44,934 bases of DNA from Bacilli bacterium (GTDB lineage: Bacteria > Bacillota_I > Bacilli_A > RF39 > UBA660): positions 1-44,934 of the forward strand of contig JBJKSD010000029.1 in assembly GCA_046704245.1 (NCBI GenBank). The letters run 5' to 3'. The notes beneath the pieces were generated by a model. It was not told the origin of the DNA. It made no database searches and saw only the letters and a list, made by a program, of their open reading frames with translations. The number at the start of each line of letters is the position of its first letter. Positions within the stretch are counted from its first letter, which is position 1. Below are positions 29,310 to 37,006 of the stretch, piece after piece. The translations under genes were made by a program, and so were the position numbers.

Positions 29310-30716
29310 ATGAAATTATATAATACCCTAACTAAAAAAAATGAAGAATTTATACCAAATAATGATAGAACAGTTAAGATGTACACTTGCGGACGAACTG
29401 TTTATGATTATGCTCATATTGGTAATTTGCGCACTTATATTTTTGAAGATATATTAGAAAAAGCACTTATCTATTTGGGTTATAATGTAGAACGTGTTAT
29501 GAATATTACTGATATAGGTCATATGGAATCAGATAGTGATGCTGGTGAAGATAAGATGTTACAAGGAGCTAAAAGGGAAGGGAAAACAGTCGGGGAAATT
29601 GCTTCTTTCTATACCGACTCTTTCTTTGATGATGCTGATAAATTAAATATCAAAAGACCAAATATAGTAGAAAGAGCTACTGACCATATTGAAGAATATA
29701 TAAAAATGATTAATAAACTATTAGAAGAAGGTTATGCTTATATAGCTTCTGGCAATGTTTATTTTGATGTAACTAAAGCGCCCAATTATTACCAACTATC
29801 AGGCATGAATGAAAAAGATTTAATTATTGGGGCTAGAGAAGATGTCGAAGAAGATAAGAAAAAACGTAATCCATTTGATTTTGGACTATGGTTTACTAAT
29901 TCTAAATATAATAATCAAATATTGCAGTGGGATTCACCATGGGGTAAAGGATATCCGGGATGGCATATAGAATGTTCGGCCATTGCTATTAAATATTTAG
30001 GTGATAAATTAGATATCCACTGTGGGGGAGTAGATAATATATTTCCTCACCATACTAATGAAATAGCTCAATCAGAAGCTTATTTAGGTCATAAGTGGTG
30101 TAATTATTGGATACATGGAGAACATTTAAATGATATAACTGGTAAGATGAGTAAATCAAAAGGGGATTCTCTTACCCTGAATCTTTTAGAAGAAAAAGGA
30201 TATAATCCTTTAGCATATCGTTTCTTTGTTTTACAATCGCATTATCGCAAGCAATTAGAATTTAGCTTTGAATCTTTATCAGATGCTTCTTCAGCATATA
30301 TGAAATTAAAAAATAAAATTAATAATTTAAGAGATAATATAAATGGAGACTTAAATAAAGAATTAATAGAGCAATATCGACAACGTTTTAGTAATAACCT
30401 AGGAGATGATCTAAATACGGCTAATGCTCTTACTACTTTATTTGATTTATTAAAAGATAATAATTTAAATAATCGTAGTAAGTTAGACTTAGTTAGAGAT
30501 TTTGATAGAGTATTATCATTAAATTTAATTGATAATCAAAAGCCAGAACTAGATAGCGAATTGATAAAATATATTGATGATAAAATAAAAGAAAGAGATA
30601 TTGCTAAACAGAATAAAGATTATGCTTTAGCAGATAAAATAAGAGATGAATTAAAAACAAAGAAAATAATTTTAAATGATACTAAAAATAAAACTGAATG
30701 GAGAATGGAGGAATAA
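29310..30716 (+). CDS. cysS: Cysteine--tRNA ligase
   Basis: MYTCGRTVYDYAHIGNLRTY, GWHIECS, KMSKSKGD. 468 aa. Confidence 0.95.
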   Translation: MKLYNTLTKKNEEFIPNNDRTVKMYTCGRTVYDYAHIGNLRTYIFEDILEKALIYLGYNVERVMNITDIGHMESDSDAGEDKMLQGAKREGKTVGEIASFYTDSFFDDADKLNIKRPNIVERATDHIEEYIKMINKLLEEGYAYIASGNVYFDVTKAPNYYQLSGMNEKDLIIGAREDVEEDKKKRNPFDFGLWFTNSKYNNQILQWDSPWGKGYPGWHIECSAIAIKYLGDKLDIHCGGVDNIFPHHTNEIAQSEAYLGHKWCNYWIHGEHLNDITGKMSKSKGDSLTLNLLEEKGYNPLAYRFFVLQSHYRKQLEFSFESLSDASSAYMKLKNKINNLRDNINGDLNKELIEQYRQRFSNNLGDDLNTANALTTLFDLLKDNNLNNRSKLDLVRDFDRVLSLNLIDNQKPELDSELIKYIDDKIKERDIAKQNKDYALADKIRDELKTKKIILNDTKNKTEWRMEE

Positions 30717-30718
30717 AT

Positions 30719-31408
30719 ATGATGTGGTTATATGAAACTCCCACAACTTTATTACTAATGATTATTGGTATTGTTATTACTGTATCAGCACAGATTTATG
30801 TAAATTCAGCATATCAACAATATAAAAAAATTGGAAATAAAAAAGGGCTTTCTGGTTTTGAGGTAGCTCGTAAAATATTAGATAGAAATGGTTTACAAAA
30901 AGTTCATATTGTTGAAATTAAAGGAATGTTAGCAGATCACTATGATCCAAGAAGAAAGGTCGTAAGGCTATCTACTGAAATATTTCATGGTGATTCAATA
31001 GCTTCTGTTTCAGTAGCAGCTCACGAAGCATCGCACGCTACTCAAGATAAAGAAAATTATTTATTTATGAAAATTAGAAGCTTTATTTTCCCTTATGTAA
31101 GTATTGGATCACAATTAGGATATATTGCGATTTTTATTGGTTTTTTCTTAAATTTCTATGATCTAATAACTTTTGGTATATGGTTACTAGTAGGTATTAT
31201 TATATTTGAATTAGTAACTTTACCAGTAGAGTATAATGCTTCTAATAAAGCTAAGCAAGATTTAGTTAATGAAGATATATTAGATGAAAAGGAAGTGGTA
31301 AAAGCTTCTAATATGTTAAATGCTGCTGCTCTTACATATGTAGCTGCTGTAGCCGCAACCTTATTACAAATATTAAGATTAATCTTAATGGCTAGAAGAA
31401 GAGATTAG
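30719..31408 (+). CDS. Membrane zinc metallopeptidase, YugP-like (Zn_peptidase_2 family)
   Basis: N-terminal TM segment, SGFEVARKILDRNGL, HYDPRRKVVRLS, HEASHATQD (HExxH) and C-terminal TM segments. ATG at 30719 (3 nt after the cysS stop, GGAGG SD) is preferred over 30698. Confidence 0.75.
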   Translation: MMWLYETPTTLLLMIIGIVITVSAQIYVNSAYQQYKKIGNKKGLSGFEVARKILDRNGLQKVHIVEIKGMLADHYDPRRKVVRLSTEIFHGDSIASVSVAAHEASHATQDKENYLFMKIRSFIFPYVSIGSQLGYIAIFIGFFLNFYDLITFGIWLLVGIIIFELVTLPVEYNASNKAKQDLVNEDILDEKEVVKASNMLNAAALTYVAAVAATLLQILRLILMARRRD

Positions 31409-31430
31409 ACACTTAAATAGTGTCTTTTTT
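31407..31430 (+). terminator. Rho-independent terminator
   Basis: AGACAC-TTAAATA-GTGTCT hairpin plus a T6 run overlapping the stop codon. Confidence 0.75.
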
Positions 31431-31494
31431 AATATATTTTATTTTTTATCTAATTACATGATAAAATAATAATTGTTTAGAGAGGGAAGATAAT

Positions 31495-32202
31495 ATGTAT
31501 GTATATGGTAAAAATGCCGTAAAAGAATTATTAAATAATAATAAAAAAATAAATAAAGGTTATATTTATGATGATTTTAGTGATAAAGATATAGTTTCTA
31601 GACTAAAAAATAATAATATTAATTTAAAATATATATCAAAAAGGGAATTAAATAATATTGTGTCAGGTAATCATCAGGGTATAATAGTAGAAATTGATGA
31701 TTATCAATATATAAGTTTAGATGACATGTTAAATGGTATTGATAAAGAATTCCCATTATTATTGATAATGGATCATATACAAGATCCTCATAATTTAGGA
31801 GCTATTATTAGGACAGCTGAATCAGCGGGCGTTGATGGTATTATTATTCCTAAAGATCGGGGTGTCGAAATTAATGCTACTGTTATGAAAACTAGTGTTG
31901 GAGCCTTAGATTATTTACCAGTATGTAAGGTGGTCAATTTAAACAATACGATTAAACAATTAAAAGAAAAGGGTTATTGGATAATTGGAGCTGATATGAA
32001 TGGCGAAGATTATACCAAGATAGATTATAATATGCCGATCGGATTAGTAATTGGCAGTGAAGGGGAAGGATTAACACATTTAGTTAAGGAATCATGTGAT
32101 TATATAATAAGTATACCGATGAAGGGGAAAATAAATAGTTTAAATGCATCAGTAGCAGCTGGTATTTTAATATATGAAATAATAAAAAATAGAACAAAGT
32201 AA
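31495..32202 (+). CDS. rlmB: 23S rRNA (guanosine2251-2'-O)-methyltransferase, SpoU/TrmH family
   Basis: YGKNAVKELL start, HQGIIVEI, DHIQDPHNLGAIIRTAE, GSEGEGL and SLNASVAAGILIYE SPOUT motifs. Same position as yacO upstream of sigH. Confidence 0.88.
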   Translation: MYVYGKNAVKELLNNNKKINKGYIYDDFSDKDIVSRLKNNNINLKYISKRELNNIVSGNHQGIIVEIDDYQYISLDDMLNGIDKEFPLLLIMDHIQDPHNLGAIIRTAESAGVDGIIIPKDRGVEINATVMKTSVGALDYLPVCKVVNLNNTIKQLKEKGYWIIGADMNGEDYTKIDYNMPIGLVIGSEGEGLTHLVKESCDYIISIPMKGKINSLNASVAAGILIYEIIKNRTK

Positions 32203-32215
32203 GGGGCATGGTATT

Positions 32216-32833
32216 ATGAATAGTTATCGCGATTATAATGATTATGAATTAATTTATTTATGCCAGGAAGGCAACGAAGAAGCTAATAACATCTTATATA
32301 ATAAATATAAGATAGTAGCTGAATTAAAAGCTAAAAAATATTATAAGTATGCATCTAATATTGGCCTAGATTTTAATGATTTGGTTCAAGAAGGTATGAT
32401 TGGTTTTAGTGAGGCTTTAAAAGATTTTAAAACAGATAAAGAAGTTATGTTTTCTACTTTTGCTTCTTTATGTATTGAAAGACAAATAAATAGTGCTGTG
32501 ATGAAAGCTAATCGTAATAAACATAAGATATTAAATGAATCCATATCACTAGATTATATTAATAATAATGAAAGACCAGTAATAGAATATATTGCTGAAG
32601 ATAAAGATAATAATCCATTAGAACATATTATCGATATAGAAGCTGAAAAAGAAACATATGATAAAATCAAAGATAAGTTAACTGATTTTGAAAATCAAGT
32701 ACTTCAATTAAAGATAAATAACTTTAATTATAGGGAAATTGCTCAAATTTTAGATAAACCAGTTAAATCGATTGATAATACCTTACAACGGATAAAAAAT
32801 AAAGTTAAAGCAATAATGGTAAAAAATGTTTGA
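32216..32833 (+). CDS. sigH: RNA polymerase sigma factor SigH (sigma-30)
   Basis: YNDYELIYLCQEGNEEA, DLVQEGMIGFSEALKDF, FASLCIERQINSAVMKANRNKHKILNESISLD (SigH-specific region), C-terminal HTH. Sits upstream of secE-nusG as in Bacillus. Confidence 0.85.
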   Translation: MNSYRDYNDYELIYLCQEGNEEANNILYNKYKIVAELKAKKYYKYASNIGLDFNDLVQEGMIGFSEALKDFKTDKEVMFSTFASLCIERQINSAVMKANRNKHKILNESISLDYINNNERPVIEYIAEDKDNNPLEHIIDIEAEKETYDKIKDKLTDFENQVLQLKINNFNYREIAQILDKPVKSIDNTLQRIKNKVKAIMVKNV

Positions 32834-32922
32834 CTTTTTCACTCTGATGTGTTAATTTATTAATGAACACGTTGAAGTGTTTTTTATTATGAAAAATAAA
32901 TATAATATTAAGTAGGTGAAAT

Positions 32923-33099
32923 ATGAAGAAAATACTAAGATACTTTATTGGCGTTAAAAAGGAAATGGAAAGAGTTAGATGGCCTAATATGCAACATATG
33001 ATTAAATATTCAGTAGCTACTATTATAACAATTATGTTTTTTGCTTTATTCTTTTATCTAATTGATATTATTGTAGCGATTATAAAGACAGCGGGATAG
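32923..33099 (+). CDS. secE: Preprotein translocase subunit SecE (58 aa, below the ORF-track cutoff)
   Basis: Hand translation: MKKILRYFIGVKKEMERVRWPNMQHMIKYSVATIITIMFFALFFYLIDIIVAIIKTAG*. It has the ...E..KV.WP... SecE signature, one TM segment and a GGTG SD, and lies immediately upstream of nusG. Confidence 0.85.
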   Translation: MKKILRYFIGVKKEMERVRWPNMQHMIKYSVATIITIMFFALFFYLIDIIVAIIKTAG

Positions 33100-33109
33100 G
33101 AGAAAGATT

Positions 33110-33643
33110 ATGGAAAAGAAATGGTATGTTGTTAACACTTATTCAGGTCATGAAAATAAAGTAAAAGAAAAACTTAGTATGAGAGTCAATTCAATGGGTA
33201 TGGAAGACTATATATATAGAATAGTTGTTCCAGAACAAATGGAAATTGAAATAAAAGATGGCGTTAAAAAAGAAAAAATTAAGAAGATGTTTCCTGGCTA
33301 TATCTTAGTTGAAATGATCATGTCAGATGAGGCTTGGTATATAGTTAGAAATACTCCGGGAGTAACTGGTTTTATTGGTTCTTCTGGGAAAGGAGCTAAA
33401 CCAACTCCATTACAACCTTTTGAAGTAGATCATATCTTAAGTAGTATGGGTATGAGTAGAATCGAATTAGGTAATGAATTAAAAGCTGGAGATAAGGTTA
33501 AAATAGTAGAGGGACCATTTAAGGCGATGAGTGGTAAAGTACAAGATATTGACTTTAAGACTCAAAAATTAACAGTCTTAGTTGATCTCTTTGGCCAAGA
33601 AACACCAGTTGAAGTTGATTTAGCACAAATAACAAAAGAATAA
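33110..33643 (+). CDS. nusG: Transcription termination/antitermination factor NusG
   Basis: KKWYVVNTYSGHENKVKEKL, FPGYILVEM, NTPGVTGFIG, KOW motif GDKVKIVEGPF. Confidence 0.96.
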   Translation: MEKKWYVVNTYSGHENKVKEKLSMRVNSMGMEDYIYRIVVPEQMEIEIKDGVKKEKIKKMFPGYILVEMIMSDEAWYIVRNTPGVTGFIGSSGKGAKPTPLQPFEVDHILSSMGMSRIELGNELKAGDKVKIVEGPFKAMSGKVQDIDFKTQKLTVLVDLFGQETPVEVDLAQITKE

Positions 33644-33649
33644 AAAAGC

Positions 33650-33679
33650 TTGATTTTAATATCTAAACTATGATATTAT
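33650..33679 (+). promoter_or_regulatory. Candidate sigma-A promoter for rplK-rplA
   Basis: TTGATT, 18 nt spacer, TATTAT with an extended TG. Confidence 0.4.
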
Positions 33680-33773
33680 CAAAAACGTGACGTATGATAT
33701 ACTATAAATAATAGTGGGAGGCTTATAAGAGCTATTTGAACCACTCACGAAAAAGATATAGGAGGTGTTTTTC

Positions 33774-34427
33774 GTGGATAAACCAGTTGTTAAAAAAATA
33801 AAATTACAAATACCTGCAGGGAAGGCTACACCAGCTCCACCAGTTGGAACTGTGTTAGGACCAGCTGGCATTAATTTACAAGATTTTTGTACCAAATTTA
33901 ATGAAGCAAGTAAAGATAAGATGGGTGATGTATTACCTGTCGAAATATCAATATATGAAGATCGTAGTTTTGATTTTAAGCTTAAAACTCCACCCGCAGC
34001 TTTCTTATTAAAAAAAGCGGCTGGACTTGATAAAGCTTCAACTAAAGGAGCTAACCAAGTAGTGGCAGTTTTAACCCAAGATCAAATAAGAGAAATTGCT
34101 GAAATTAAACAACCTGATTTAAATGCCTATGATATTGAAAGTGCTATGCGTATTATCGAAGGTACTGCTCGTAATATGGGTATTGCTGTTAAAGGTGTTA
34201 ATGATGAAGAATTAGCTGCTCAAGCTAAAGAAGCTCTAGAACAAGAAAAATTGATGGCTGAAAGAGAAGCTGAGCTTGCTAAGGCTGAAGCTGAAGTATT
34301 TGAAGCTAAACAAGATGCCGAAGCGGCTAAAGCTGCTGAAGGTGAAGAAGCTACTGAAGCTCCTGAAGAACCAAAAGAAGAAGTGGCACCTGAAACTGAA
34401 CAATCAGAAAATAATGACCAACAATAA
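33774..34427 (+). CDS. rplK: 50S ribosomal protein L11 with a C-terminal Ala/Glu-rich extension of about 76 aa
   Basis: [17 protein letters not shown]...[12 protein letters not shown] is canonical L11. The GTG at 33774 is the likely start, because the track's GTG at 33765 lies inside the GGAGGTG SD. The ORF continues in frame to the TAA at 34425-34427. Confidence 0.93.
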   Translation: MDKPVVKKIKLQIPAGKATPAPPVGTVLGPAGINLQDFCTKFNEASKDKMGDVLPVEISIYEDRSFDFKLKTPPAAFLLKKAAGLDKASTKGANQVVAVLTQDQIREIAEIKQPDLNAYDIESAMRIIEGTARNMGIAVKGVNDEELAAQAKEALEQEKLMAEREAELAKAEAEVFEAKQDAEAAKAAEGEEATEAPEEPKEEVAPETEQSENNDQQ

Positions 34428-34474
34428 TGAAACCGGTGGGAGGGAAACCGTTATAACCACGAAGGAGGATTAAA

Positions 34475-35173
34475 ATGAAGAAAAGAAGTAAGAAATATTT
34501 ATCAGCCTTAGAAAAAATGGAAAAAGGTAAAGCATATACTAAAGATGAAGCAATAAAATTAGTAAAAGAAACATCACCTGTTAATTTTGATGCATCAGTA
34601 GAAGTAGCTATTAAGTTAAATCTTGATAATACTAAACCTGATCAACAATTAAGAGGGGCAATAGTATTACCACATGGTACAGGCAAAAATAAGAAAGTAT
34701 TAGTTATTGCTAAAGGTGATCCAGCTAAAGAAGCTAAAGCTGCTAAAGCTGATCATATTGGTGATGTCGATATGCTTGAAAAGATTGAAAAAGAAAATTG
34801 GTTTGATTTTGATGTTATAATTGCTACACCTGATATGATGCCTGCTTTAGGTAAGTTAGGTAAAGTATTAGGGCCTAAAGGTTTAATGCCTAATCCTAAA
34901 ACTGGTTCAGTTACTAATGATGTAGCTAAAGCAGTTGAAGATATTAAAAAGGGCAAAATTGAATATCGTACTGATAATGAAGGTAATGTTCATGGTATTA
35001 TTGGTAAAGTATCATTCGATGAAGATAAATTATTAGACAACCTTAAGGCTTATGTCAATGAAATTATTAAAGTTAAACCTGCATCAGTTAAAAGTACTTA
35101 TATTAAAAGTATTACAGTATCTAGTACCATGGGTCCTGGAATAAAAATAAGTATAAATGACTTTGACAAATAA
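34475..35173 (+). CDS. rplA: 50S ribosomal protein L1
   Basis: [12 protein letters not shown]..., [46 protein letters not shown]. Confidence 0.96.
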   Translation: MKKRSKKYLSALEKMEKGKAYTKDEAIKLVKETSPVNFDASVEVAIKLNLDNTKPDQQLRGAIVLPHGTGKNKKVLVIAKGDPAKEAKAAKADHIGDVDMLEKIEKENWFDFDVIIATPDMMPALGKLGKVLGPKGLMPNPKTGSVTNDVAKAVEDIKKGKIEYRTDNEGNVHGIIGKVSFDEDKLLDNLKAYVNEIIKVKPASVKSTYIKSITVSSTMGPGIKISINDFDK

Positions 35174-35191
35174 TATAAATTATGATATAAG
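35163..35191 (+). promoter_or_regulatory. Candidate sigma-A promoter for rplJ-rplL
   Basis: TTGACA (overlapping the end of rplA), 17 nt spacer, TATAAG with an extended TG. Confidence 0.4.
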
Positions 35192-35197
35192 ATTATA

Positions 35198-35306
35198 TAA
35201 ATATTTATTAGTGCCGTAGACAGTAGGAGCGTAAGCTTAATATTTCCTACCGAGGAGCTTGAATAATTACTATTCAATCCTTGTACTCCGGTGCAAGGAT
35301 TTTTTA
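35198..35306 (+). promoter_or_regulatory. Ribosomal protein L10 (rplJ) leader with terminator-like hairpin
   Basis: A structured 5' UTR, GUGCCGUAGACAGUAGGAGC...UUCCUACCGAGGAGC (paired CAGUAGGA/UCCUAC arms), resembles the Firmicute L10-leader rRNA mimic. It is followed by the AUCCUUG-N10-CAAGGAU hairpin plus a U6 run at 35277-35306, just upstream of rplJ. Confidence 0.6.
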
Positions 35307-35338
35307 TGGCACTTCAATAATAGATATGGAGGTGGCCT

Positions 35339-35842
35339 ATGCCAAGTGATAAGATATTAGGTATCAAAAAGGGTATTGTTGATGAAATTAAGAATAAGTT
35401 TAAGAATTCATCAGCTGTTATCTTAGTAGATTATCGTGGACTATCAGTAGCTGAATTAACTGAACTGCGTAAGAAGTTAAGAGAAGCACAATCTGATATG
35501 AAAGTCTATAAGAATACTCTAACTAAGTTAGCATTAGATGATTTAAAAATTAAACTAGATGATCAATATCTAGAAGGACCTAATGCCATAACTTTTGCTA
35601 ACGATCCAATAGCACCATTAAAAATTCTAAGTAAGTTTGCAAAGAATAACAAATTATTAGAATTAAAAGTAGGTATTATCGATGGAGAAATATCAGATAA
35701 AGGAGCTTTAGAACAATTAGCTACTTTACCATCAAGAGATGATTTACTTACTATGCTTGCTGGTGGATTAATTGGCGTAGCTAGAGATTTATCAATATGT
35801 TTAAATTTACTAGCTGAACAAAAAGAAACTGAAAATAAATAA
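35339..35842 (+). CDS. rplJ: 50S ribosomal protein L10
   Basis: 167 aa. VDEIKNKFKNSSAVILVDYRGLSVAELTELRKKLRE is typical of L10. rplJ-rplL synteny. Confidence 0.95.
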   Translation: MPSDKILGIKKGIVDEIKNKFKNSSAVILVDYRGLSVAELTELRKKLREAQSDMKVYKNTLTKLALDDLKIKLDDQYLEGPNAITFANDPIAPLKILSKFAKNNKLLELKVGIIDGEISDKGALEQLATLPSRDDLLTMLAGGLIGVARDLSICLNLLAEQKETENK

Positions 35843-35866
35843 TATTAAATATAAGGAGGAAAGAAA

Positions 35867-36238
35867 ATGGCAAAATTAACAAGAGACGAATTTATTAGCT
35901 CATTAAAAGAAATGACATTATTAGAAATTAAGGAATTAGTAGATGCGATGAAAGACGAATTTGGAGTAGATCCAAGTTCAGTAGCAGTTGCTGCTGCACC
36001 TGTAGCTGAAGCTACTGCTGAAGCTGGTCCATCTAAAGTTGATGTCGTATTGACAGAAGCAGGAGTTAATAAAGTTCAAGTTATCAAATTAGTCCGTGAT
36101 ATTACCGGTTTAGGTTTAAAAGAATCAAAGGATATAGTTGATAATGGTGGCACTGTTAAAGAAGGCGTTCCAAGCGAAGAAGCAAATCAAATAAAAGCAC
36201 AACTTGAAGAAGCTGGAGCAACTATCGAATTAAAATAA
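35867..36238 (+). CDS. rplL: 50S ribosomal protein L7/L12
   Basis: N-terminal dimerisation helix, Ala/Pro hinge AAAPVAEATAEAGP, C-terminal KVQVIKLVRDITGLGLKESKDIVD...LEEAGATIELK. Confidence 0.96.
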   Translation: MAKLTRDEFISSLKEMTLLEIKELVDAMKDEFGVDPSSVAVAAAPVAEATAEAGPSKVDVVLTEAGVNKVQVIKLVRDITGLGLKESKDIVDNGGTVKEGVPSEEANQIKAQLEEAGATIELK

Positions 36239-36252
36239 TAAACAAGATATAA

Positions 36253-36280
36253 AAAGCCTATAATATTGATAGGCTTTATT
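36253..36280 (+). terminator. Rho-independent terminator/attenuator after rplL
   Basis: AAAGCCTAT-AATATTG-ATAGGCTTT hairpin followed by a T-rich tract (interrupted). Confidence 0.6.
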
Positions 36281-36302
36281 CTTGTTTATAGAGGTGATTT
36301 TA

Positions 36303-36890
36303 TTGGGGCATTATTTTATTAATGATGATCAATTGAAAGATAAAAGAAAAAAAATAATAACTAAAGTTTTAAATCAAGAATTTATATTTTATACTGATAG
36401 TGGTGTCTTTTCACGCAATTATCTAGATTTTGGTACTAAACTTTTAATTGAGACTATTGGTAAGACACCGTTAAAAGGTAAATTATTAGATGTAGGATGT
36501 GGCTATGGTCCTATTGGTATTGTTTTAGCTAAAATAGCAGATATAGAAGTAGATATGGTGGATATCAACAATAGAGCATTACAATTAGCCAAAGAGAATG
36601 CTCATATCAATGGTGTTCAAAATGTTAGTATATTTGCAAGTAATATATATGACAATATTAAAGATGAATATAATATAATTATTACTAATCCCCCAATTAG
36701 GGCGGGGAAAAAAGTCGTATATGAAATATTAGAAAAAGCCCAAGAATATTTAACGGCGGATGGCGAGTTGTGGTTGGTAATTAGAAAACAACAAGGAGCA
36801 GAGAGTTTAATTAAGTATTTCACTAATATATATAAGATTTCTATTATGGAAAAAACAAAGGGATATTTTGTAGTAAAAGCTATAAAATAA
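36303..36890 (+). CDS. Class I SAM-dependent methyltransferase (RsmC/YbxB-like, MTS domain)
   Basis: GHYFINDD..., FYTDSGVFSR, LLDVGCGYGPIG (SAM motif I), ITNPPIRAGK (NPPxH-like motif IV). The likely start is TTG 36303, after the GAGGTG SD and downstream of the rplL terminator. It occupies the same slot as ybxB between rplL and rpoB. Confidence 0.8.
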   Translation: MGHYFINDDQLKDKRKKIITKVLNQEFIFYTDSGVFSRNYLDFGTKLLIETIGKTPLKGKLLDVGCGYGPIGIVLAKIADIEVDMVDINNRALQLAKENAHINGVQNVSIFASNIYDNIKDEYNIIITNPPIRAGKKVVYEILEKAQEYLTADGELWLVIRKQQGAESLIKYFTNIYKISIMEKTKGYFVVKAIK

Positions 36891-36914
36891 TTGTAAAGTT
36901 TTTAAAAACTTTTA

Positions 36915-36943
36915 TTGACTTGTAGAAATTATTTTGATATCAT
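36915..36943 (+). promoter_or_regulatory. Candidate sigma-A promoter upstream of rpoB
   Basis: TTGACT, 17 nt spacer, TATCAT with an extended TG. Confidence 0.45.
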
Positions 36944-37006
36944 TATAAATTGGTGGCGTATTCTTTTTTAAAGTATATGTTCTTTGAATATTAATTTTGT
37001 ATAGGG

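Noticed and set aside
25332-31430. Similar terminator hairpins (ACACTTAATAGTGT at 25338-25351 versus ACACTTAAATAGTGT at 31409-31423, and CTAT..TTGATAG in the terminators at 13771 and 36253), considered as a possible repeat family
   Set aside because: The shared parts are short (5-6 bp arms plus an AT loop), and each sits where an intrinsic terminator is expected. The similarity is compatible with convergent AT-rich hairpins rather than a mobile or repeated element.
34276-34473. Alternative-frame 65-aa Lys/Leu-rich ORF overlapping the L11 tail and ending 1 nt before the rplA start. Also the 68-aa alternative-frame ORF at 43427-43633 inside rpoC.
   Set aside because: The frame is open only because the underlying sequence is a GAA/GCT low-complexity repeat. 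It has a TTG start with no SD, and its basic composition is the mirror image of the acidic main frame. It is most likely a by-product, so it is not reported as a gene.
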